A DNA stretch of 64,000 bases from Eledone cirrhosa. Lineage: Eukaryota. The stretch is from positions 132,494,001 to 132,558,000 of the forward strand of contig OZ024742.1 of NCBI GenBank assembly GCA_964016885.1. Direction: 5' to 3'. Below, piece after piece: positions 13,508 to 26,591 of the stretch (its first letter is position 1; each line of letters starts with the position of its first letter). The position numbers and the translations under genes were made by a program. The notes below the pieces were generated by a model. It ran no database searches, was not told the DNA's origin, and saw only the letters and a list, made by a program, of their open reading frames with translations.

Positions 13508-13906
13508 TAACCATAGTGACTACACTTAATTTTTTAAAATTTATTTTGAAACTTTTTCTTATTTGCTAAACCTTGATTATATATGTTCTGGCTCGTTAAT
13601 TTATTAACCTGCCATTGAACCACATTGGCATATGGTTGGACAATACGTGTGTCCCTAGACGCTTTTGGCGTGTAGGGATTTATACTTTATTATTATTCTC
13701 CTCTTGGTCGAGAAAAACATTTGGTCGTTCTGACTGCTGCTATTTATAGTGGTACTAGACGGACCTCCCCGCCTTTGCTTCTATCTTTAAACACGGCACT
13801 GGACGGAATTGATTCCACATCATTTATTCTCATCTCGGGAACAATTTTGAATAGCGCAAGTTCGTAATTTGAAATCGGGAATTTTATATTCTCCGAGTGA
13901 AAAGCT

Positions 13907-13991
13907 CCTTCTGACGAGAGTTTATCTTTGCAATGGATGGCCGCTAGGACAGTCCATTTATTTTTGAGACTCGAAACCGATTCGGTAAAGG
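13907..13991 (+). ncRNA. Hammerhead ribozyme with extended stem II
   Basis: cctt-CTGACGA-gagttt...agactc-GAA-ACCG att CGGT-A-aagg; perfect stem I. Confidence 0.9.
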
Positions 13992-14061
13992 TAACCATAG
14001 TGAGTACAGGTAATTTTTTAAAATTTATTTTGAAACTTTTTCTTATTTACTAAACCTTGAT

Positions 14062-14088
<27 letters not shown>

Positions 14089-14092
<4 letters not shown>

Positions 14093-14760
14093 AATTAAGT
14101 TAAAAATGTACATCTACATATGCATACTGAAATACTAGTGTGTATATGGATACACACACGTATACATATGTAGGTGTAACAAGTCTTTCACTGGTTGCTT
14201 TACTGTGAGCAACCCAGCTATTCTGTATGTAAACACACAGACAAACCGGTTTTTAGAGTCATACTGGTTTTCGGGGGAACACCTTCCCTCTATTCTCCAG
14301 AAAGCCAGACAAGGAATATTGAACTAGTTTCGTTGTTGTTACAACTCATCAGCAATATTTACCTATCTACCGGCCCTTCTGGAGAATTGTAAAAGCACAT
14401 ATCGTTATATGCTTTTTCTATGAAAATTAGTAGTGGGCAGACTAATTTGCATAGAGTGTGAGTACGCACCGGTTCAGCGGAGACGATAAAAACAAATAAC
14501 GAAACGAAATTAAATTTCGTTTCGTTTGTAACTCACTTTTGTATGACTGACGCTTAACCGCTTAATAGCTGGGTTGCTCACAGTAAAGCAACCAGTGAAA
14601 GACTTGTTACACCTACATATGTATACGTGTGTGTATTCATATACACACTAGTATTTCAGTATGCATATGTAGATGTACATTTTTAACTTAATTGTTTAAG
14701 CGTCAGTCATACAAAAGTGAGTTACAAACGAAACGAAATTTAATTTCGTTTCGTTATTTG

Positions 14761-14767
<7 letters not shown>
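14089..14767 (-). mobile_element. Retrozyme-like element, ~468-nt monomer plus junction-spanning inversion
   Basis: A(14089-14222)-core-B(14486-14557), then revcomp(A) and revcomp(B) at 14564-14767. Confidence 0.85.
14315..14359 (-). ncRNA. Type I hammerhead ribozyme
   Basis: minus: aatattg-CTGATGA-gttg taacaa caac-GAAA-ctag-TT-caatatt; all stems perfect. Confidence 0.92.
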
Positions 14768-14834
<67 letters not shown>

Positions 14835-15011
14835 ACATAAACAGAGAAAGCCTTAAGCGATACTCCGACCAACTCCATCTCACTCAACAACATTAGGATA
14901 TACTTAAGTATTATCCCAATTTAGTGTTTCGAGTGATAACTAATCACTATTTCGTGGATAGCTTGTTGTATTATTTTAAGTGAGACATTATTAAATAAAT
15001 ATCTCTTTCCT

Positions 15012-15134
15012 TCCAGACGGCCGTTTCATCATAAGATTCTACAATTTGGGATAAATAATTTCCAGGTAATGTAGAAACTTGTATATAATCCATATTCATA
15101 TACACAAGCGGGATCTTATAAACTCATCAGTGGA
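15012..15134 (-). ncRNA. Hammerhead ribozyme with large branched stem II, inside element 14831-15242
   Basis: minus: tcca-CTGATGA-gtttataagat...atcttatgat-GAAA-cggccg-TC-tgga. Confidence 0.75.
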
Positions 15135-15241
15135 TGCCTAAATAATATCGATATAAGAATTGTATCGACATTAATAGAATGCTGATGGCCTTCCTCAGCG
15201 CTAAGAAGAGACTGGTAGATTTGAAAATCGAGCAGTCCTCC

Positions 15242-15310
<69 letters not shown>

Positions 15311-15465
15311 GTTTGAATATGTATAATAAAGCCAAAACAATGCAGGTATGGACATAGAAAAAGAATGCAATTGCAAAAGATATTGTTGACAATTCGTCTT
15401 TTACCTTAGATTTATTTTAAATGTCCTTCATTTTCGAGATAATATCTCTTCTTCAGAGGGAAATA

Positions 15466-17542
15466 AACACCAACAGAGGCGAACAATACGGTACCAACAC
15501 CGAACCTAGCGGCGCCCCAACCAACAACACACCTGACGCAAAACACCTTGTCACAGACTTGACAGGATCCCTCTCCCGAGAGGAATTAGACCTCCTCAGC
15601 CTGGGTCCCAAGTTCATATTGAAACAGAGACTGGACGACAAATTATGGCTCGACATAGAAACGAATTTCTGTCGGGCTACCTACCAACTAAAATGGATAT
15701 CGACTCTCGACAACAACACCACGGAATCCACCAAACCCAGATTCCCGATATACCAACTAGATTGCCCACTCTGTCCACCGCCTGCCAACCGCGAGATTGA
15801 AGAAAAACTCTCGAGACTAAAACATTCCGTATTTAACATATTACGGAAACAGAAGAAGATAGCCCCAAACCTCTCCAGGACACAACAACTCGCCCTGAGG
15901 AACCTACGGAATAGGGAACTTATATACTTACAATCCGACAAAGGTAAAGAGTTTTGCGTCATCTCTCAAGCCACATACGATAACCTAGCCTTTGAACACC
16001 TAAGCGACAATGAATTATACACAGAGAACCCGGACATGACTGCAGCCCAGATCGAAAAACAGACCAACTCCATTTGGTTCGATATCTGCAGGAGAAGACA
16101 ACTCCCAAATAAAGTTAAGCTCAACTACACCACTAGAAATAGCAGACGGCCCACTTGCTACCACCTCATCAAGACCCACAAGAATAGTACTGAGACGCAA
16201 ATAAGACCCACCGTGTCTAGCATAGAAGGACCCCTATACAAAATTTCCTGGCTCCTCTCCCAGGTCCTCAAGCCTCTACTCTCCACCTTTCCCGGGCATG
16301 TCAGTAGCTCCGACGAAGACTACACCAACTCCAGCCAGAACAATTTAAACTAAATAAATACGCTTTTAGCCTCGGCGTTGTCTCCCTCTACACTACAGTC
16401 CCCGCTCATCCAGCTGTCGATTTATTGACGGACTGCGTGGTCGCAGAGGACATCCACTGCTACGGCGTCCACCCGACAGACATACACCAGCTTCTGTCCT
16501 TCACAGTAGACAACACGTATTTCACCTTCCACCACCACACATACATACAGACAACAGGATTACCCATGGGATCCAGCCTATCGGGCCTGCTGGCAATCAC
16601 CTACATGAACCAGCTAAAATGCCGAGCCCTCAACACCTGCCATTCCCATGCCTTCTTCACCCGATATGTAGATGACATACTCATCCTTACATCATCCCGT
16701 GAGGAGGCAGATAAAATATACACAACATTCTCCAGCATCGACGCCAGTATAAAGTTCGTTATGGAACACTCCGATGACCGCGGATCCCTATCCCTACTGG
16801 ACTTCCAACTCAGGGTAACAGAGGAAGGCAATATCCACACCTGCTTCTATAAAAAGCCACCAGCAGGGCCCTGTTCGCACCCTCCCACTCGGTGCCAAGT
16901 TCGGATACATAAGGAACGAATTGGCACGTATCCGGAACAAATGCACCGACGCTAGAGACCGAGACACACACACCACACATTTCCTGGAAGTACTCAAACT
17001 GAACGGATACACGACATCCACCACAAACCGTACCAGAAATAACAGAGGACACCACACCCGAGGCACTAACACTTGCTTCCTGAAGCTCCCACACTTCAGT
17101 GACGAAACAACAGCCATCCGCAGAGCTATCAGACGAGAGGGACTAGATATCCAACTGGCCCACTCAGGTCCTTCTCTACGCGGACAGCTAACCAACAGCC
17201 ACTCCAGCAGACATGACAACTGCTGCAGGCTAGCCAACTGCCCATCAACGACACAGACCTGTGCCACCAGGCTTATGTCGTATACAGACTAGAGTGTGAC
17301 AAATGCAACAACTTCTACGTAGGTAGCACCACCAGACCACTCCACATAAGAATAAAAGAACACCTCAATACTAACGCTTTCTCATTTAAGAAACACCTAG
17401 TTAAATGCAAAACCACCGACAAAACCATAACAGTTAGGATAGAAACCTCGGCAATCTTAGAATTAAGAAAGCACTAATTATAGATAAAACACAACCACCA
17501 ATCAATAATAGACTAGAACTCAACACCCAATTTATAACATGA
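15466..17542 (+). pseudogene. PLE reverse transcriptase-GIY-YIG endonuclease (frameshifted)
   Basis: LLSLGPKF, SDKG, IRPTVS, GLPMGSSLS, RYVDDI, LNGY, VYRLECDKCNNFYVGSTTRPLHIRIKEH. Confidence 0.93.
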
Positions 17543-17935
17543 TAGGGCTTCTAGCTCCATATTTACATCCCCCACACACACACGCACGCACACACACACA
17601 CACGCTTACACCTCCACTTATTCTCTCTCACACATACACACACAAAACCAGTTCTAACACCAGATAACACCTATCCCCCAAATTTACGAATAGACTTATC
17701 TTCTCACACTCATACACACACACACTCACATTCTTACACCTTCATGCATTCTCCCACACACTTAAACAGGCAGGTATATTTAAAAAAACCCTAAACAAAC
17801 CCCTTTTAAAGGGAGACTACTCTTTATCCACCTAATTTTAACTCTTTGATATTAGAGATAGAACAGATACTCTATACTATTTCCTGTCAGCATGGCTTGG
17901 CAAGATATTTAGAACGCTCGTTTGAGACCTTTATT

Positions 17936-17973
17936 TCCCTCTGAAGAAGAGATATTATCTCGAAAATTAAGGA
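17936..17973 (+). ncRNA. Minimal pLTR hammerhead
   Basis: cct-CTGAAGA-a-gaga tatta tctc-GAAA-at-TA-agg; inverted copy at ~15424-15461. Confidence 0.85.
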
Positions 17974-18150
17974 CATTTAAAATAAATCTAAGGTAAAAGA
18001 CGAATTGTTAACAATATCTTTTGCAATTGCATTCTTTTTTCTATGTCCATACCTGCACTGTTTTGGCTTTATTATACATATTCAAACGTTTATACCTCAT
18101 TACACAATGCTTCAAATGAACTATAACCTCCTCCTATATATATATATATA

Positions 18151-18546
18151 TTAATTCAAAATATTAACAAAAATAGACATTGGTGTGATCAAGTATATTT
18201 TATTATACATATTTCAGGGGTACTGAGCTATCTTCAACAGTACGTCCTCGTGAGATAAAATAAGATGATGCAAGACATACCTTGACTAAGTAGATTTTAA
18301 CCATCGACTTAGTCAAGGTATGTCATGCATCATCTTATTTTATCTGATGAGGACGTACTGTTGAAGATAGCTCAGTACCTCTGACATATGTATAATAAAA
18401 TATACTTGATCACACGAATGTCTATTTTTGTTAATATTTTGAATTAATATTAAACATTCCGGAAAACCAAAATTGTGGAGTGCTTCTAATCTATTGTAAA
18501 ACTGTATTATTTGATTTATTCATTGAGCCTTGTTTAACCTTTAAAT
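18151..18546 (+). mobile_element. Fold-back HHR mini-element (~140-bp arms plus tail)
   Basis: 18151-18291 inverted at 18307-18449; CTGATGA at 18344. Confidence 0.85.
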
Positions 18547-18556
18547 ATATATATAT

Positions 18557-18670
18557 AGGTAAGTTATTCCGGGTTGAATCGGACGTAACCACAGTAAGTA
18601 AGGTACTCACTTTCTGATGATTTCTAAAGAATGAAAGAGTTCTAGTCCTGTAGAATCAACATCTATATTA
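18557..18670. mobile_element. HHR mini-element fragment (family of 41792-41975)
   Basis: Inverted tail followed by CTGATGAtttc....gaatGAAA at 18614. Confidence 0.7.
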
Positions 18671-18723
18671 TATATATATATATATACACATTAAGAGCAT
18701 TTATATATATGTAACAATATTAA

Positions 18724-18800
<77 letters not shown>

Positions 18801-18853
18801 TGTATGTATGTGTATGTTTGTGTGTCTGTATGTATGTGTATATTTACATATAG

Positions 18854-19060
18854 TTAAAAATTACACAGAAAAATTACACAACATCCTGGAAGATTCATGT
18901 TAATGAAAAGAGAAAAAATATACATAAAAGTCTCTGACGTTTGTCCTTCATCAGGAAATAGTAAAGTAAGTAGAAGGAGGAATATGGAAGATTGAAGAAA
19001 AACATATTCATCATGATGACTGAGGAGAGTTAGAGAGGTGGGAACATAACAGCAATTAGA
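18854..19060 (-). mobile_element. Degenerate pLTR with decayed HHR
   Basis: minus CTGATGAaggacaaacgtcaGAGA; similar to the HHR at 55072 but core mutated. Confidence 0.45.
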
Positions 19061-19364
19061 TATTAGGATGTCAAACGTTTGCACGAATTTAATATTTTCG
19101 TCAGTTTCGTTAAATGACTATAATGACAATATCGTCTGTGTTGCAGTTCTCTTTTGTTGGGAGTTATTTTCCGCCGAGGTTGAATTTGCCTTCCATACTT
19201 ATGGGGTGGATAAAAGTAGAAATAATTAATTTCTTTCTGCTGGGTGATCGAATTCTTAATCATTGTATTCCTTCTAATGTTGACGCCAGTAATCCAACGC
19301 GCAGTACAATCATACTGACACACACACACACACACGTGCGCACACACACACGCACACACACACT

Positions 19365-19437
<73 letters not shown>

Positions 19438-19438
19438 T

Positions 19439-19476
<38 letters not shown>

Positions 19477-19699
19477 TATGTGAAGGCGCGTGGCTGAGTC
19501 GTAAGATAATTGAACTCTTAATCATGAAGTTGTGAGTTCGATTCCTGGACCGGGCGATGCGTTGTGTCCTTGGGCAAGACACTTTTTTATTTCACTTACT
19601 CCTTCTACCTGGAGTTGCGATCGATAGATAGTATTAGCAATTGGAAAGACCAATGGAACATTGTTTCCTCGGTCCGATAAGACGAAAGCCAATTGACTG

Positions 19700-19735
<36 letters not shown>

Positions 19736-20478
19736 GCTCTTAATGTATCACACTCTGCTGATCAACTCCTATCTGTGTCGACTATGAGTGTTTCAGTTGT
19801 TCGAACAATAGAACAGCCTACTTGTGAAACTAACGTTCGAGTGATGATCATGACACAAACATATGTATCCTTAACGTAGTTCTGATTGAGATTCGGTGTG
19901 TCACTTTCTATTAACGGCACATTTTGCCAACTGACTGGGCTGGAGCATCGCGAAAGAGGTGTCTTATTCAAGGGCGCACCACACCGCTGGTAATCAAACT
20001 CATGATCTTACGATCGCCCGCCGTACACCATAGCTAGTAAGCTGGGCTGTTCCACACGTTCATATACACATATACACACGCGCATGACCACATACACACA
20101 CGTACGAACATAAGCAAACATATTTTCTAAGATATATATGCAGGCGTATTTACACATAATCACTACTATTACTAGTGGCCTCCAGTTGACATTTCGGTGT
20201 ATCGTGGGCATCTTAAATGTGATGGAGACCAGCCATCTTCAGGTTCGAACACAAATAATTCTTCTAAAGAAGGAGACTGAATGATAGAGATGAAGTGAGA
20301 AAGAATTACAGAGGAAATTTGACCCCAGTACTGGAAGTGTAGGTTTTGTATCAATCACGATACGTTAAAAGGCAGAGTTGTCCGCAGCGTGATTTGAACA
20401 GAGAGCGCAAAGTACTGAAACGAATACAGCAGACATTCTATCTGGCATTCAAACGATCCTGCCAATTCGCTACCCTGA

Positions 20479-20902
20479 TACATACATACATACATACATG
20501 CATACACACATACATACACACATACATACATACATACATACATACATACATACACACATACATACATCTATACATACACATATGCATACCCACACGCATA
20601 CATACATACATACACACATACATACATACATATATACATACATACATACATACATACATGCATACATATATACATACACACATACATACATACATGCACA
20701 CACACATGCTTATATACATACATACACACATACATACATACATATATACATACACACATGCATACATATATGCATACACACATACATATATACATGCACA
20801 CACACATGCTTATATACATACATACATACGTGCATACACACATACATACACACATGCATACACACATACATACACACATACATACATACATACATACATA
20901 CA

Positions 20903-20935
<33 letters not shown>

Positions 20936-20980
20936 GGACACACACATGCTTATATACATACATACATACACACATATATA
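20479..20980. repeat. (TACA)n-type microsatellite
   Basis: Direct reading. Confidence 0.95.
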
Positions 20981-21513
20981 GATAAATGCATGCATATATG
21001 AATCTACATACACAAGGATACATAATGTTCATGCAAACTTTAGCACGTGCTGAGATGCATGCACACACATACGCAGAGATAAGACGCACAGATAAGACGC
21101 ACAGACACCCATACACATAAATATACACACAAACACATACAAGGTATTGCATGGTATTACGAAGGCGCCCCATATACTGCATTTATTATAGTGCATTATA
21201 CAATATGGGCTTGGCCAGCTTTTCCGTCTTCACTTCCGCTTTCCTATCTCTAACTCCATGTTTCTATCTCACACACATTTTAATATGGCCTTCTCCCCTT
21301 TCCTCTTTCGTCTTTCAGTGTATTTCTTTCTCTCCCTGTTAATTCTATCATGTGGTGCTTTCAAAACTTTCACTCGCCTTCTTTCTTAGTCTATCTCCAC
21401 TTTTTCCTTTCACCTCTTTATCACCATCTCCCTCCCATTTTGCCACTTCTGTCACTATTTTCTCATCTCTTATTGTCGGATACTTTTATCCTTACTGTTG
21501 TTAAATTCTGTCT

Positions 21514-21620
<107 letters not shown>

Positions 21621-21743
21621 ACACACACACACACACTCTCTCTCTCTCTTTCTTTCTCGCCCCACCTCTCTCATTCTCTATATATATATATATGTATGTA
21701 TATCTATATATATTTATATATATATATATATATATATATAAAC

Positions 21744-21798
<55 letters not shown>

Positions 21799-22094
21799 GA
21801 CACAGTCCTAACGTTCAAATCACAACGACTCTCTCTCTCTCTCTGTTTCTAGCATTCCTTTTCATCTGCTTCCCAAATACTCCTCGTTCTCACAACTTGG
21901 AAGATTTATGTATTTCCTTCCCCCTCACATACTCTGTCTCTCTCTTTCTACCTTACATTTCAAGCACGCTGTTCTCTATCTCTCTAACATACAACGTCGC
22001 TGTAATATTCAATCACAGATTCGTTAACTCACTTATACGCTTAAACACACTAACTAATATATAGCCATGGACAAACACACACCCGCAAGTACGT

Positions 22095-22138
<44 letters not shown>

Positions 22139-22426
22139 ATCTATCTATCTCTCTTTCTGTCTCTATCTCTCTCCCTTCCTCTCTCTCTCTCTCACTCACT
22201 CTCTCCCTCTCACTCTCTCTCTATATCTCTCTCCCCATATATTGCTTCCTACAAATATACGTCTCAGCCAATGGGTAGTGAATAATCTCTTTCCCTCACC
22301 CCCCCCCCCCTCTTTCACTCTCTTTCTCTCTATATATACATACAAACTTATATACACACGCACATACATACATTTCTTCATATACATTTATATATATATA
22401 TATATATATATACATTTATATACATT

Positions 22427-22558
<132 letters not shown>

Positions 22559-22986
22559 ATGCATACATACATACACATTTATACATACATTTATACATTA
22601 TACATATATACATATATACATATATACATATAAACATACATACATATAAACATGCATATAAACATAAATACATTTCATGACGCCCTGCTAGATCAGTGCA
22701 ACATCTTATTGAGAAGAAACAAACAAGATGACGATGGTGGGAGGAGGAACATTTCGGAAGCCCACCTCATAAGACATTTTAACTTGTGACCAGAAACATA
22801 ACATCCCACACTAAGCCACACCTAATAATACATATAGACACACACACCTACATACAAAAGTAAACCACACACCCACGTACTCAGAATATAACTACAAATC
22901 GATATAACTGCATTCACACACACGCAGGAACATATTATGCACAGATATACATATATATATATATATAAATATATATATATATAAAT

Positions 22987-23098
<112 letters not shown>

Positions 23099-26019
23099 GT
23101 ATAGCCAAACCCATCGAAACACTCTTCGAATACGTCTATTTATATGATGTGTGTGTGTGTGTGTGGGGTGTGTGTGTGTGTGTTGGTGTGTGTGTGTGTG
23201 TGGGTGTGTGCGGGTGTGTTGGTGTGACTGAGTGTGTATGTGTGTGTGAGTATGTGTGTGTGTATGGGTTTGGATGCATATTTGCGCCTGTAGGTATATG
23301 TCTAATATACATATTTACACATATATGTAAGGTGTATTTCCGCAAACAGACCAATATACATTCATATACGCACAAACACATATATACACGATGAAGATTA
23401 TTTATACAGTCACGTGTAGGCATAAGTACACACACAGACACACACACATAAAAACAACTTTGGACCAGCCTCCTTTTCGATCCAAATCACATTAGCATAC
23501 TCAAATATCCTTCAGGTGTGCGGACGCTATTCAATACACGCAAGAGAGAGGAGCTCCAAGAAAACCACCACTTTCAACAGTCCTGCAATAATAGCTCACC
23601 AACAAACCAACATAACAACACATCAACACACCAAAACAACAGCAACATTAGCAACACAACATCTACTAAACCCAAGTATCTATTATCCACATTAATTTAA
23701 CAAGGTACATCTGTATTCCCTGACTGTATTGCAAATCCATGATTTGCTCACTCAGTGAGTTCGTCTGTAGTTAGTTTGATGTTGTTATGTTGTGTGAAGT
23801 GTTGCGATTGTCCTCAAGTATTTTGCAATTTACTCTGCGTATGTGAATGTGTTTGAAAATAGAGAGAGTTTATACGTTATGTTTATTTCAGGTAGTGTCC
23901 GTTAAGATGGTGTATTCTAAGGTGGTGTGTTCGTGTGTTAAGGTAGTAGGTTTAAGTTGAGAGAATGCTGTTGAATAAATTAGGTGAGTAATATAACGAG
24001 TTTATACGTGCACATGCACGCCCAAACCAACAAAGCGCACAAAAATCACGCGTACAAAGAAACACACACGTACACACGAATACACAAAAACAGATATTTG
24101 CGTAGGAGTGTGTACAACGGTGTAATGAAATACTGATATGCATATTTAAAAATATATTCATACGTATGTAAGCAAATGTCGTCAAACAAATAGGTGCGCG
24201 CCAATCCATACACATACACATATATGTATATTTATATATATTCATATTATATGCTTACACACATGCACACACACATACACACTCACACACACACACACAC
24301 ACGCACATACACACGCACACACATATTAATATATATATATATCTTAAACAAAAGCTAACCTGAAATCGACAGCTTCAACGCACTGTTTGTACCATTAAAT
24401 ATATTTCAGGTTTGGCATATAAGCACTTAACGGTTATGCTACCATAATATCGAAAGGAAACTGACGCTTTTTTTTCTCCTTAGATTAAAGCTACACCAAC
24501 AAACCTGGATAAAGGAAACAGTCTACTTTTAGAAACATTAAGCAACGGGTGGCACTGTCCACCTTGTTCCTTGGGGTCATCTTCTATTTCAAATTTCGTA
24601 ACATTCTCAACGGTTAAATATAGACTGCTTCTTTAACCTGGCTGATTGATATAACAGTTATATCAATCAGAGAGCCAGTGTAATGGAAGTATAGCCATAC
24701 GAAATACACTAATGTTGAGTTCAAGTGTGAATGGTGATGCTATCTGAGAAAATGAATTAGAAAAAAAAGTAGATGAAGAGGATATAGAAAGGAAAGAAAT
24801 TTATTTGGATAGTATTGTGGCTGAAGAATATACTGGGGAATGATAGATGTGACTGTGTTTGAAGATACAGGTATAGATATCTGTCAACAAGTTAGGCTAG
24901 TTGGGTGCAAAAATTCGTATGGGTAATACACCCACAAAAAACTAATACACATACGGGCACAAGTTTACTCACGCACACACATATATAAACACACATATAG
25001 ACACGCTTACTCGTACATACATATACACAAACACATATACATATATACGCATACATATTTAAACACATAGATATATACAAATATTTATATCCTAAGGTTT
25101 TCATAATTGGCGTGGGAATAGGCCTGCGAATCTATACTCTAATAAGATGATCCAAAAGGCGAAGCACATCTCCTGGCCATCCCGTTGTAGAGAAGTTTAG
25201 AAATGACATGGAAAATGAACAAGTGCGAGATACTGGCGGCTTCATACTAAGTGATCCGTGTAGTCTGTGCTTGTTAGCCTGGGGGATGGGAGACTACATG
25301 TTTAGGAGAAAGGTCAGTCTAATTTCGAAACTGGCTAGATGGGACGCATTAACTAGAGCTATGACAATACATCAGTGCACCGTAACTTAGAAAACCCTAT
25401 AGTATGAGTCAGGGAGTGCAGTCAGTTCGCTCTAAATGAAGGACCCGGAACTGCTGTTAGGGCATTCTTCTACGAGAGGGAAAGTCTGGATTGAAACATG
25501 CGATTACCAGGATTACTGGTTATCTTGCTTTGAGTTTCCACAGTGACTTGGAGATTAGCACCAGTGCTACAGAAGTGGTTGTTAGCATAATCGAATGATG
25601 TACAAATGCAGATGTATGATTTAAAATCATCTCAGCTGTCAAATTATCTGTGTATCTTTAGTTTCCTACTTCGATTGTCCAACACAATCCAAACTCTGAA
25701 TATTTGGCACTGAATATAGACAGCAGATATAATCTGCGGGTGGTTGGGGTGTGGCATGAGATGGCACCAAATAAATACCTCCACCTCTGTAGGTTTGTCA
25801 CTTCGGATGGTGCAGTATAGATGATAGCCACGCAAACTGTATGCTATGTCGGAAATTTGTCGAAGGGGGGGGGGGGGGGGCTTCATTATGCCATGTTGGT
25901 GTATATCTTTCGCATGGGCTGAAAGATGCTGCGTATGATGGCAATGATCAGCGAAGATAGAGCAATCATCTCTCCCATATGTATGTATATATATATTATA
26001 TATATATATATATATATAT

Positions 26020-26532
26020 TTCGTTTCTGAATTTGTTTAGCAAGATTCTTTATCTGAAATCGTGTGTTGAAACCGATATTGTTATACTTTGGGAGGGTCA
26101 TGGGGTCATGTTGCCAATAAGAAATACACGCACCAGTTGCTTTCACTTCAATTTATTATAATAAATTTATAATAAATTTATAAATTTATAAATTTCTGGT
26201 TGGTTGGTTGGTTCCACAACCAGATAGGTGTTTATATATTGTCATAGTGCTTTCGTCACACACTCTGTGACCTCTTCAGTGACTGGGGATTCCTTTCTTT
26301 GTTTTTGTGCCTCTCCTTTGTTCTGTCCTACGCCATTTTTTTTCACTGAAGAGGTCACAGAGTGTGTGACGAAAGAACTATGACAATATATAAACAACTA
26401 TCTGGTTGTGGAACCAACCAACCAACCAGAAATTTATAAATTTATAAATTTATTATAAATTTATTATAATAAATTGAAGTGAAAGCAACTGGTGCGTGTC
26501 TTTCTTATTGGCAACATGACCCTCCCAAAGTA

Positions 26533-26535
<3 letters not shown>
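26020..26535. mobile_element. Fold-back pLTR, high-copy family K, two HHRs
   Basis: HHR at 26241-26283(-) and 26343-26384(+): CTGAAGA-g-gtcaca gagtg tgtgac-GAAAgaacT-tgac. Confidence 0.9.

Positions 26536-26589
<54 letters not shown>

Positions 26590-26591
<2 letters not shown>

Larger units (their letters stand above)
13272..14062 (+). mobile_element. Two-HHR retrozyme-like element (~310-bp direct repeats, 484-nt periodicity)
   Basis: Repeats 13272-13582 and 13749-14062, each with one HHR; ~165-bp unique spacer; (TA)n on both sides. Confidence 0.85.
15306..18135 (+). mobile_element. Penelope-like element with inverted 5' pLTR
   Basis: 15306-15466 is the reverse complement of ~17930-18092; RT plus GIY-YIG ORF; (TA)n flanks. 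Confidence 0.92.

Noticed and set aside
13206-13998. Duplicated minus-strand ORFs MVTFTESVSS...
   Set aside because: They are the antisense of the HHR direct repeats; no protein motif, and one runs into TA
25120-25960. Possible RTE 5' region and DNA-transposon peptide remnants
   Set aside because: Too degraded to assign without a database search
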